This document shows positions 1-8,261 of a DNA stretch of 33,054 nt, piece by piece. How positions within the stretch are numbered: the first letter of the stretch is position 1; the number at the start of each line of letters is the position of its first letter. Source of the stretch: Burkholderiales bacterium (lineage in GTDB: Bacteria; Pseudomonadota; Gammaproteobacteria; Burkholderiales; Burkholderiaceae_B); contig SXZD01000252.1 of assembly GCA_005788065.1 (NCBI GenBank), positions 1 to 33,054 on the forward strand, written 5' to 3'. Under the pieces are notes generated by a model. That model ran no database searches. It was not told where the DNA came from and saw nothing but the letters and a program-made list of their open reading frames with translations. The position numbers and the translations under genes are program-made.

Positions 1-441
1 ATCATCGCCCAGGGCGTCTATGCCTATCACTTCCTGGTGGAGTTGGCCCATCTGGTCACGCGCACAGCCAGCCATCAACTGGATGAGACAGGCATCATGC
101 TGATGGTGCTGGGGCTGATTGACGTGGTCATGATTTCCAACCTGCTGATCATGGTGATCATCGGTGGATATGAAACCTTCGTCAGCCGCCTGGGGCTTGA
201 AAATCACCCCGACCAGCCCGAATGGCTGGATCATGTCAATGCGTCAGTGCTGAAGGTGAAATTGAGCACGGCCATCATCGGCATATCATCGATACATCTG
301 CTCAAGACGTTCATCAATGCGGCGCAATATGATGACCGCGTCATCATCGCACAGACAGCCATCCATATCGTGTTTTTGCTCTCAGCATTGGCCATTGCAG
401 CCACAGACCGGCTGATGCATCACGAACCGGCGCACCACTGA
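1..441 (+). CDS. yqhA: YqhA/UPF0114 family inner-membrane protein, 5' end outside window
   Basis: Frame 1 is open from base 1, and the listed ORF 37..441 starts at an in-frame internal GTG. The translation (GGYETFVSRL, ISSIHLLKTF, hydrophobic helices, C-terminal DRLxHH) matches E. coli YqhA from memory. Confidence 0.7.
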   Translation: MIAQGVYAYHFLVELAHLVTRTASHQLDETGIMLMVLGLIDVVMISNLLIMVIIGGYETFVSRLGLENHPDQPEWLDHVNASVLKVKLSTAIIGISSIHLLKTFINAAQYDDRVIIAQTAIHIVFLLSALAIAATDRLMHHEPAHH

Positions 442-460
442 CAGCGCGGCAACTGCAACG

Positions 461-1888
461 CTATTGAGCCACGGTGGCGGCGTCGACCGCCACCGTAAAC
501 CAGAACGTGGAGCCCTTGCCCTCTTCGCTTTCCACGTTCGCTGTTCCACCCATCAGCCCTGCCAGCTTGCGCACCACCACCAGACCCAGACCGGTGCCCA
601 GACTGGAAAACCCGCTTTCCTTGACCTGCACATATTCCTGGAACAAGCGGTCCTGATTCACTTTGGAGATACCCGGTCCGGTATCAATGACAGAGAAACG
701 CAGCATGGGACCGGTTGTTTTATGGGAGGCGCCCGATTTTTCTCCCGCCTCCGGTGGCACACGGATGGACGACGGCGCATCAGTCAACCACTGAACACGC
801 AATTGCACCCCACCCTTGGTCGTAAACTTGATGGCATTGCCCAAGAGATTGGACATCATCTGTGTCAGGCGCGGTGCGTCCAGATCGAAAGGCTGCTCTG
901 GCACACCCTCAACGGTTACTGCGAAATCAAGCCCGCGCGCTTCGGCTTGCACCTGATACAGGTTGGATATTTTTTCCAGCAGTTCCGGCAGAGCAACCGG
1001 CGCGGTGTTCAACACCAGTTTGCCTGCATCGATCTTGCTGTTGTCCAGCAGGTTGTTCAAAACCTCTGATGTGTTGTCCACCGCTTGCCGGATGGCCGTG
1101 AACGCGCGCTGCTTCATGGCATCCGTCGCGTTCGGATGCGACAGTAGCTGCACGCCCGACTTCACGCCGGCCAGTGGCGTGCGTATCTCATGCGACAGCA
1201 TGGCCAAAAACTCGTCCTTGTAACGCAGCACAGCCTCTGCCTGCGCTTTGCCGATCTCGGCCGAATTGCGGGCGCCCTGCTCGGACACCAGGTCATTCAC
1301 AGCCCGCGCGACAACGCTGGAATAGTTATCGGTCAGCGCATAGATGCAGATGCACAGACCACAATAGAAAGCATACGATGGCATCAGCACCGGAATATTG
1401 GTGCCGTGCATGCCGGGAATGAATCCCAGCATTTCAGCGCCCACAATGCCCGACAGCCACGTCAGCGCCACCAGCAGCGCATTGCGGGCAGCGGCATGGC
1501 CAAGGATGAGACCGGCAAACGGAATCAGAATGGCGACCGCTGCGTTCAGCGGCGCCCTGACCCCGGCGCCCACGGTCACCTGAAACAGCGTGATGGCCGC
1601 CAACATGCCTGCGCAGATGGCATAAACCGCCCGGTCGATGCGATCCTTGCGCAGATACAACAACGAGGCGGCACCAAAGAAAACACACACCAGCGCGACC
1701 ACGCCCCGCTTGGGTTCATAGGCCCCCAGAAAAGGCAGCAAGGTCACCAGCGCGTTGACGCTAGCCAATGCCATGAAACTCAGCGCCACGGTAAATACGG
1801 ACCGACGCGAATAACGCGGCACGTAGGCTTCATGCAGCGTGTTGGCGGTGATGTCGCCTGTGTCGGACGGGGAGACTGGCTGAACCAT
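461..1888 (-). CDS. membrane sensor histidine kinase (polytopic N-terminal module + HisKA + HATPase_c, no receiver)
   Basis: 475-aa ORF with about 5-6 hydrophobic helices in the first ~200 aa. Kinase motifs present: H-box FLAMLSHEIRTPLAGV, N-box LLGNAIKFT, G1 DTGPGI, G2 GTGLGLVVVRKL. ATG at 1888. Confidence 0.85.
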   Translation of the reverse strand: MVQPVSPSDTGDITANTLHEAYVPRYSRRSVFTVALSFMALASVNALVTLLPFLGAYEPKRGVVALVCVFFGAASLLYLRKDRIDRAVYAICAGMLAAITLFQVTVGAGVRAPLNAAVAILIPFAGLILGHAAARNALLVALTWLSGIVGAEMLGFIPGMHGTNIPVLMPSYAFYCGLCICIYALTDNYSSVVARAVNDLVSEQGARNSAEIGKAQAEAVLRYKDEFLAMLSHEIRTPLAGVKSGVQLLSHPNATDAMKQRAFTAIRQAVDNTSEVLNNLLDNSKIDAGKLVLNTAPVALPELLEKISNLYQVQAEARGLDFAVTVEGVPEQPFDLDAPRLTQMMSNLLGNAIKFTTKGGVQLRVQWLTDAPSSIRVPPEAGEKSGASHKTTGPMLRFSVIDTGPGISKVNQDRLFQEYVQVKESGFSSLGTGLGLVVVRKLAGLMGGTANVESEEGKGSTFWFTVAVDAATVAQ

Positions 1889-1901
1889 CAGATTGTTTCG
1901 A

Positions 1902-2474
1902 TCACGCAGCCCGTGTTTGCTGTTTCACTTGCTCGCCGAAATCGGGAAACAAACGCCTTTCCATCCATTTTGGCATTTTTTTCCAACCCAGCGGATTGCT
2001 CTCCCGGGGGCATCCCTCGGTGTAGATACGCGTACCCATGATGTAATCGAACCAAGGTTTGCTGATGCACCAATTGGCACCCGGATTGCGTCCCATGTGG
2101 TGGTCATAATGCCATTGCAGGTTTTCGCGAGCCCAGTCCGGGTTGTCGTGGGCATGCTTGTGGGTCCGGTAGTAATTGATGGCGCAATACCACAGCGTGG
2201 CGGTAAAAAAGGGAGCCACCGGAAAGAGCGGAGCCACTGCCACACTGGCGCCAATCAGCGCCCAACTCTCTTTGCCCTGCGCATGGAAACCCAACGGAAA
2301 ACGCTCGTCGTACATGGGGTCTTTGAAACCGTTTTGACGAACCAGGCGGTGGTGTTCATGAAAATGAAAACCCCAGAAACTGTTTTGCTCCCGGCCCATC
2401 TCATGCAGAACATATTTGTGCATGACCCATTCAGCCGCATTACCAGCCAGCAACCCCAACGGAATACCGATCAT
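1902..2474 (-). CDS. fatty acid hydroxylase superfamily (sterol-desaturase-like) di-iron membrane enzyme
   Basis: 190-aa ORF with clustered His boxes HKYVLH, HFHEHH, HKHAH and HYDHH, typical of membrane di-iron hydroxylases/desaturases. Its stop lies 13 nt upstream of the kinase start at 1888, so the two are probably co-transcribed. Confidence 0.6.
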   Translation of the reverse strand: MIGIPLGLLAGNAAEWVMHKYVLHEMGREQNSFWGFHFHEHHRLVRQNGFKDPMYDERFPLGFHAQGKESWALIGASVAVAPLFPVAPFFTATLWYCAINYYRTHKHAHDNPDWARENLQWHYDHHMGRNPGANWCISKPWFDYIMGTRIYTEGCPRESNPLGWKKMPKWMERRLFPDFGEQVKQQTRAA

Positions 2475-2603
2475 TGTCTTCCCCGCACCACGCTTTTATG
2501 GATGCGCTGGGCAGCTTTTTGTGTGAAGTGCATGGATTGTGCGCTGCCCGCATCGCCTCACAAGCATGTTAACGCATTTCAGGGCGCTGGCGGAGGCGGA
2601 TGA

Positions 2604-2984
2604 TCAATTTGGGGTCGAGCGTATTTGAGCAGCCGTCAACACCATTTCAACCCGGTATTCCGGTTTGGCCAATATTGCCTGAATACAGGCTCGCACCGGA
2701 GCAGTACCATCGGGAACCCATTGGTCCCACACGGTATTCATGCCATCGTAATCGACCATATCGCGCAGATAAATGGTGACTTGCAACAAATGGGCTGGAC
2801 TGCTGCCTGCATTGGTCAATAAGCGGTCCATACTGGCGAGCACATTTTGGGTCTGCGCGACAATATCGCCATCGAGATTGGAGGGAACCTCGACGATATA
2901 AACACAGCCATTGTGAATGACCGCATCGGAAAACCGTCGGGTTGTTCCGATGCGTTGTATGTCAGCATTGTGTGAATCAGTCAT
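2604..2984 (-). CDS. RidA/YjgF/L-PSP family protein
   Basis: 126-aa ORF of the size and pattern typical of RidA-family proteins (FSDAVIHNGCVYI, VTIYLRDM, PVRACIQA). It starts 15 nt downstream of the H-NS-like gene's stop. Confidence 0.75.
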   Translation of the reverse strand: MTDSHNADIQRIGTTRRFSDAVIHNGCVYIVEVPSNLDGDIVAQTQNVLASMDRLLTNAGSSPAHLLQVTIYLRDMVDYDGMNTVWDQWVPDGTAPVRACIQAILAKPEYRVEMVLTAAQIRSTPN

Positions 2985-2998
2985 TCGCGTGAAACTGC

Positions 2999-3313
2999 TC
3001 AGATCGCAAATGACTCAATCTTTTTGCCCGCATTAAGGGCATCTGCCAGCCATTTGGGTCGTTTGCCGCGGCCTGTCCAAGTGTTGGCGACATTTTGGGG
3101 GTCGCGGTATTTAACTTCGACCGGTTTACGGGTAGTTGCCTTCGCAGCTTTACCGCCAATATCGTCAACGGTAATACCGAGTTTATCCATCAGTTTGATG
3201 ACTTCGGCCACAGAACCGTCTTTGGCTTTTCTGCTGTCAAGCTCTGCTTGGGCAGATGCGATCAGCTTTTCCAATTCAGCTGATGTCATTTTTGAAAGTT
3301 CACGTTTTGCCAT
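2999..3313 (-). CDS. H-NS family nucleoid-associated protein (Bv3F/BpH3-like)
   Basis: 104-aa ORF with an N-terminal coiled-coil (SAELEKLIASAQAELD), a lysine-rich linker, and the C-terminal H-NS DNA-binding signature TWTGRGKRPKW. Confidence 0.85.
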   Translation of the reverse strand: MAKRELSKMTSAELEKLIASAQAELDSRKAKDGSVAEVIKLMDKLGITVDDIGGKAAKATTRKPVEVKYRDPQNVANTWTGRGKRPKWLADALNAGKKIESFAI

Positions 3314-3708
3314 GATAAATACCCCGGTTTATGTAAAAGTAAGAGCAGACAATAATGCAATTAAAAAAGAAAATCAAATCGGGTTATTCTCCAAACCCCT
3401 GAAAACAAGTATCCATACCCAATAATGGTTAATTGAGCTCTTAAAGACATTATTTTCGATAGACGACCTTCAAAATAATACGCGGATGGCACTGCAAATT
3501 AAGCGTAAGGGTTATTACTGAGAAACCAAAGTGACACAATTCAAGGTATCAATCTTGCCAAGACATCAGATCAAGACGCCAAAACGCTTTTGCGTAAAAA
3601 TCCGCTTCTACAAAATCGCAAGTTTTTGTTGCCTGTCATCAGGTTGTCACATTGCACGCAGACACTTGCTCTATAGTTTGAGACACGTTGTAATCCGCAG
3701 GTAAATCC
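3314..3708. promoter_or_regulatory. AT-rich divergent intergenic region between the H-NS-like gene and the phoX-like gene
   Basis: This is by eye the most AT-rich stretch of the window, with runs such as aattaaaaaagaaaatcaaat and cattattttcgata. No ORF of 60 aa or more is attributable to it. It is expected to hold both divergent promoters. Confidence 0.5.
3633..3677 (+). promoter_or_regulatory. Pho box (CTGTCAT-CAGG-TTGTCAC) plus -10-like TATAGT upstream of the phoX-like gene
   Basis: Two 7-bp direct repeats lie 11 bp apart at 3633-3650. They match the PhoB half-site CTGTCAT 7/7 and 6/7. TATAGT sits at 3672-3677, and the ATG is at 3709. The spacer CAGG is not AT-rich as in the E. coli consensus. 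Confidence 0.55.
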
Positions 3709-5082
3709 ATGAATCAGCGCACCATTTCCCCATCTGGCCAGCAACGTCGACGTCTGCTGCAGTCCATGCTTTTCAGTGCCGGCGGTGCCATGCTGCCGCC
3801 CATGCTGACCGGATGCGGCAGTGAGGCCACCGGTCCTGCCGCGACGGGCGGTATTGTCACCCCGAACAACACAACCGCCAGTGCGCTGGCCAACACACCG
3901 CTGTTTTCCAATATCGGCCCGCTGCGAGATCCGGATGCCAACGGCGTGCGGACACCCGCCGGTTTCTCCACACGCGTGGTGGCCATCAACAACCAGCCGC
4001 CCGTGGCCGGTGGCAGCTACAACTGGCATATTTTCAATGACGGCGGCGGCGTGCTCGCATTGCCGGATGGTGGCTGGATTTATTGCTCCAACAGCGAAGT
4101 GCCAGGATTTACCTCCATCGGATTTCAGGAACCGCGTCTGGCTCGCTTCACCAACCAACTCGCATTCGCACCCGGGCTGGGCGGTGCCAGCGCATTGCGG
4201 TTTGCACGTGATGGCACTGTCGTAGACGCTTACCGGATTCTGTCGAACACCACATTCAACTGCGCAGGCGTGATCACACCGTGGGGCACGTGGCTGTCCT
4301 GCGAAGAGATTCCGGAAGGTCTGGTGTGGGAGTGCGACCCGCTGGGACGTAACGCCGCGGTTGCGAAACCCGCGCTGGGAAAGTTTGCGCACGAAGCTGT
4401 TGCCATTGATGCGTCGCGCAAAGTCTTCTACATGACTGAAGACCAACCCGATGGTCGCTTCTACCGCTGGGTGCCCACTGCGAGCGACTGGCCTTCAGGC
4501 TCGCCCCGAGCAAGGATGGAAAACGGTACGCTGCAAGTTTTGAAAGTCGGCGGACTCGGACTCGTCGGTGCATTGACCGCACCGCAACCCATCACATGGG
4601 TCACCGCACAAAATCCGTCAGCCGGACAAAATGAAAACCGGATCGCGGGCACAGGCGTGTTCGACGGCGGTGAAGGCATCTGGTATCACAATGACTTCGT
4701 GTTTTTCACCACCAAAGGCGACGACACGGTCTGGGCGGTGGATACCGTACGCAATACGATCGAAGTACTGTACCGCGCCAATCCGGCCCTGCCGGCGCGC
4801 GACTTCCTGACCGGGGTGGACAACATCACCGTCACGCCGTTCGGAGAAATCCTGATCGCAGAAGACGGTGGCGACATGCAGGTCGTGGTCATGAACAGAG
4901 ACCGCACCCTCAAGCCCCTGTTGCAGATTGTGGGACAGGACCAATCCGAAGTAGCGGGCATTGCGTTCAACCCGGACTTCACCCGCATGTACTTCACCAG
5001 CGATCGCGGAGGTCCGGCGCCCGGTGGCGGCTACACCAACGGCTTGGGCATGCTGTACGAATTGAGGCTTCCGCCTCGTTAA
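3709..5082 (+). CDS. PhoX-like / DUF839 family secreted phosphatase (Tat signal + lipobox)
   Basis: 457-aa ORF. The N-terminus QQRRRLLQSMLF...MLTGC combines a twin-arginine motif with a lipobox Cys. The beta-propeller-type body carries the DUF839/PhoX hallmark TPWGTWLSCEE. A Pho box lies upstream. Confidence 0.7.
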   Translation: MNQRTISPSGQQRRRLLQSMLFSAGGAMLPPMLTGCGSEATGPAATGGIVTPNNTTASALANTPLFSNIGPLRDPDANGVRTPAGFSTRVVAINNQPPVAGGSYNWHIFNDGGGVLALPDGGWIYCSNSEVPGFTSIGFQEPRLARFTNQLAFAPGLGGASALRFARDGTVVDAYRILSNTTFNCAGVITPWGTWLSCEEIPEGLVWECDPLGRNAAVAKPALGKFAHEAVAIDASRKVFYMTEDQPDGRFYRWVPTASDWPSGSPRARMENGTLQVLKVGGLGLVGALTAPQPITWVTAQNPSAGQNENRIAGTGVFDGGEGIWYHNDFVFFTTKGDDTVWAVDTVRNTIEVLYRANPALPARDFLTGVDNITVTPFGEILIAEDGGDMQVVVMNRDRTLKPLLQIVGQDQSEVAGIAFNPDFTRMYFTSDRGGPAPGGGYTNGLGMLYELRLPPR

Positions 5083-5145
5083 AGTAGGCCGAAGAACATC
5101 ACGCCTTGTTCTGCCCCACCACGCACTGCGCTACCCGGCTCAACG

Positions 5146-7671
5146 TCACGGCGTGACAATGTTGAACAGGCCATCAGGCTTGTCCAGCAGGCGAAAGAAC
5201 TGCCCGAGTTTGACCACACTGCCATCAATTTTTGTCTGCGATGATGTGAGCAGCGCAGCACCGCCAGCCTGTCCCGTCAGCATTTCAATGAAAAACGATT
5301 TGGTCAGGCGCAATGTGGCATCCGCGGGCGGAGCAGCATCCACTTTTTCATGGTTCAAGATGCTGCGACGCAAATGCAGCGCATACGTTTCGCGCGTATC
5401 GGTAAACACCAGGTTGATGCGCAACTGCAAACCCGCTGCACGTTCCGGATTGATCGCTGCGGCCATGCTTTCCAGAAAACGCTCAATCGGCGTGTACATC
5501 AGCATGTCCAGGAAATTACTGCGATCCAGACCGGTTTTAGGCGAGCCCTGACGCAACTCCAGCGCGCCGGTCAGATACGCATTTCGCCAGGTTGTAGCCT
5601 CTGCCGCAAATCCCATTTTTTCAAAACTGGTGGCCAGCAATTCCCGCGCCTGCTTGTTATCGGGCTCAGCAAACACGGCGTGTTTACCCAACTCCGCAAC
5701 CCAGCGATGCTCCCCGGCCTGTTGCGCACTGCGCATTTTGGCAATCACCGCATCGATACCGCCGGCCAACTCGACATAGCGATTTGCAGCCTCCACCGGG
5801 GGCAGCGGATTGAGATTGGACGGATGCGCGTCATACCATCCCAGATAAAACTGATAGATGCCCTTGATGTTGTGCCGCACGGTTCCGTAGTACCCGCGGG
5901 TTCCGAGATGACTGTCCAATTCGGGCGGCAGTTTGATCTGCTCTGAAATCTCGGCAGACGTGAAACCCGCATTCATCATGCGCACGGTCTGGTCATGCAA
6001 GTACCGATACACATCACGCTGCAGCGTCATGTGCTCAACAATCGCATCGCGCCCCCACACCGGCCAATTGTGCTGGTTGAACATGACGTCGCTTCTCTCG
6101 GCATAGGCCAGCATCTCGTCCATATAGCGAGACCATTTGAGTGCATCACGCACTTTGGCTCCACGCAGCGTGTACAGGTTGTGCAGTGTCATGCCAAACA
6201 GTTCAGCGCCGCCAAATGCACGCAGGTCGGGCAGATGAAAAACAAACTCGGATGGCGCCTCGCTGCCCGGTACGTTGTGAAACACAAAACGCCGTCCGTC
6301 CAGCGTCAATTCCTCCACCCGTTTTTCGATGATGCGATTGGGCTCGACAATACCGAAACTGCCGTAGGCTACCGCCTTGCCCAGCCCGTTGTCCACCAGA
6401 CCGCTTGCATCGCGCGGCAACTGGCTGCCATACATGTACATGGATCGGCGTGCCATGGCCATCCCGACCATGACGTTTTCACTGGTGACCTCTTCCATGA
6501 AGCCAGCGGGAGCCACCACGGGAATGCGACCCGACTTCGCATCATCCTGACTGATGACACCCAGCACACCACCAAAATGGTCAACGTGACTGTGAGTAAA
6601 GATGACCGCACTCACCGATTTGTTGCCCAGATGCTGGCGCGCAAATGCGATGGCTGCGGTCGCAGTCTCGCGGGTGGTCAAGGGGTCCACCACAATCCAG
6701 CCGGTCTTGCCTTCAATGAGGGTCATATTGGCCAGATCAAAACCGCGCAATTGCCAGATGCCTTCACTGACCTTGAACAGGCCTGTCCGATTGTTCAGCA
6801 AGGCCTGTCGCCACAAACTGGCATTGACTGTCGCAGGCGCTGCACCCTGCAAAAAATCAAAGCTGTCATAGTCCCAGATCAATTTGCCTTTGGCATCTTT
6901 TACCTGACCGGAAGGACGGGCAATCAGTCCACGGTTAGCCAGGTCAAGTGACGCCGCATCAGCACCCGCGGACAGCTTGTCGGCGGTCGCTGCGTTGGTT
7001 GTGGCTACGTTGTTGGTGAAACTGCCGGGAGAAGCAGGCACCGATGCGTTACCCGCCTTTGAAACAGACTCGCAGCGAAAGGTGGCACGGTCTTTTTCAA
7101 GGGCAGACAGAACAGCCTCGCTGCGGTCGCGCACCAACAGTCGCATCAGCACCAACGCGGTCTGTCCCGGTGCCTGCACGGTTTGCTCAAAAACACTGGG
7201 CGAAGTTGCGTTATCGCTGCTTGCCGCCGTGTCGTTTGCAGCATTCGCCTTTGACGAGGCGCCGGTCTTCGCACCACCATTTGCCTGAATCCGGATACTG
7301 ACCGGCAGGCCCTGCGCCTGTCGGTCATTGAGCACATGAAAATTATCCGAATTGCCATCGTACAAAGCAATGGACCAATAGTCCTTTGATGCTGGCGCAA
7401 GCTGAATGACAGCATCTGCTGACGACAGGTCAACACGACAAATGGCATACAGCAGATCGGGGCTGGGCATGACGACTTCGCGACTGCTCTCCGAGGCCAG
7501 CGGTGGCAAGACAACACCCTGCCCTTTGTCGAGCAGGCGTGTGCTGACCTTGTGCATGATCAGCCGCGGCAATGCCCACAGCGATACCTCGTGCGCAGCA
7601 AACGCAACAGCAGCAAACACACATGCTGCAGCCACAACCCGTCGTCCGGACATGAAAGGAGCGTTGCTCAT
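5146..7671 (-). CDS. fusion protein: N-terminal membrane anchor + DUF1254-like domain, C-terminal MBL-fold alkyl/aryl-sulfatase (SdsA1/Pisa1/YjcS type)
   Basis: - N-terminal ~200 aa: TM helix, then PSPDLLYAICRVDL...DYWSIALYDGNSDNF, which is DUF1254-like.
- A Ser/Ala/Asn-rich linker follows.
- C-terminal part: MBL motif FTHSHVDHFGG, an alkyl-sulfatase dimerisation region (YYGTVRHNIKGIYQFYLGWYDAHPSNLNPL) and an SCP2-like C-terminus.
- I place the start at ATG 7671 rather than the listed GTG 7677. That ATG forms an ATGA overlap with the upstream stop. Confidence 0.8.
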   Translation of the reverse strand: MSNAPFMSGRRVVAAACVFAAVAFAAHEVSLWALPRLIMHKVSTRLLDKGQGVVLPPLASESSREVVMPSPDLLYAICRVDLSSADAVIQLAPASKDYWSIALYDGNSDNFHVLNDRQAQGLPVSIRIQANGGAKTGASSKANAANDTAASSDNATSPSVFEQTVQAPGQTALVLMRLLVRDRSEAVLSALEKDRATFRCESVSKAGNASVPASPGSFTNNVATTNAATADKLSAGADAASLDLANRGLIARPSGQVKDAKGKLIWDYDSFDFLQGAAPATVNASLWRQALLNNRTGLFKVSEGIWQLRGFDLANMTLIEGKTGWIVVDPLTTRETATAAIAFARQHLGNKSVSAVIFTHSHVDHFGGVLGVISQDDAKSGRIPVVAPAGFMEEVTSENVMVGMAMARRSMYMYGSQLPRDASGLVDNGLGKAVAYGSFGIVEPNRIIEKRVEELTLDGRRFVFHNVPGSEAPSEFVFHLPDLRAFGGAELFGMTLHNLYTLRGAKVRDALKWSRYMDEMLAYAERSDVMFNQHNWPVWGRDAIVEHMTLQRDVYRYLHDQTVRMMNAGFTSAEISEQIKLPPELDSHLGTRGYYGTVRHNIKGIYQFYLGWYDAHPSNLNPLPPVEAANRYVELAGGIDAVIAKMRSAQQAGEHRWVAELGKHAVFAEPDNKQARELLATSFEKMGFAAEATTWRNAYLTGALELRQGSPKTGLDRSNFLDMLMYTPIERFLESMAAAINPERAAGLQLRINLVFTDTRETYALHLRRSILNHEKVDAAPPADATLRLTKSFFIEMLTGQAGGAALLTSSQTKIDGSVVKLGQFFRLLDKPDGLFNIVTP

Positions 7672-8261
7672 GAGCACACCCCGACCGACTCGATACGCGG
7701 TGCATCCAGGGTGCCCGGATCTTTCTGCAGGGTATCGGACGGGTTGTAAAGCCTCAGGGTAAACACAAGCCCACGGTCACCGGGCGTTCGCATATCCGGC
7801 GACTGGCCGTCTGCCGTTTGATCTGACGGTGAGCTTCGCGCTACAAACCGCCCCTGTGCATCTGTCTTGATACGTGCGCCGTTGATACTGAAATGCTGCT
7901 GCGCATCTGCAAACAGGAAATGATCATCCGCATATGCCGTGATGCTCCACCAACGGGCATCAGGCTTGACACCCTCGATACGGTACTCGCAGCGACTGCG
8001 CAAGTCACGACCTGATGAGTCCGTCCGCGCCACATAGTAGATCGTTTCTTCAGGACCCAGTGCCAGCAGGCCGCCCACTGCAACCCGCGCCCGCGTTACA
8101 TTGTCCGCCGCCACTGATCCGGCCAACAGATGGGCTCTCCACGGACCCGCACTGATTGCAACCGTGTCAGGACGCTTTACCGTCCATGCTGTCCATCCGA
8201 TACCACTGGCCATTGCCGCCAGACCCAAACCACCCCAGAACAGCACGGTTTTCAGATTCAT
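7668..8261 (-). CDS. membrane-anchored DUF1214 domain protein
   Basis: The start is taken at MNLKTVLFWGG (ATG 8261), which forms an ATGA overlap with the sulfatase stop (8258-8260). The listed ORF's Arg-rich 58-aa extension is implausible. The motif WWSITAYADDHFLF...FSINGARIKTDAQGRF is DUF1214-like. Confidence 0.65.
   Translation of the reverse strand: MNLKTVLFWGGLGLAAMASGIGWTAWTVKRPDTVAISAGPWRAHLLAGSVAADNVTRARVAVGGLLALGPEETIYYVARTDSSGRDLRSRCEYRIEGVKPDARWWSITAYADDHFLFADAQQHFSINGARIKTDAQGRFVARSSPSDQTADGQSPDMRTPGDRGLVFTLRLYNPSDTLQKDPGTLDAPRIESVGVCS

Noticed and set aside
1190-2041. Long plus-strand ORF (283 aa) overlapping the kinase and hydroxylase genes. Similar long antisense ORFs occur at 3571-4446, 5995-6951, 10842-11963, 12568-13299, 13545-14195, 24132-25178, 29101-30078 and 32513-33043.
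   Set aside because: All are Arg/Gly/His/Pro-rich translations with no recognisable motifs. Each lies exactly opposite an ORF with strong family signatures. These are the typical shadow ORFs of GC-rich DNA.
3480-3500. TGGCAC-N5 motif (ggatggcactgcaaatt) as a possible sigma54 promoter in the AT-rich spacer.
   Set aside because: The -12 element (TTGC) is missing at the required spacing, since ATTAA follows instead. No enhancer-binding protein gene is nearby.
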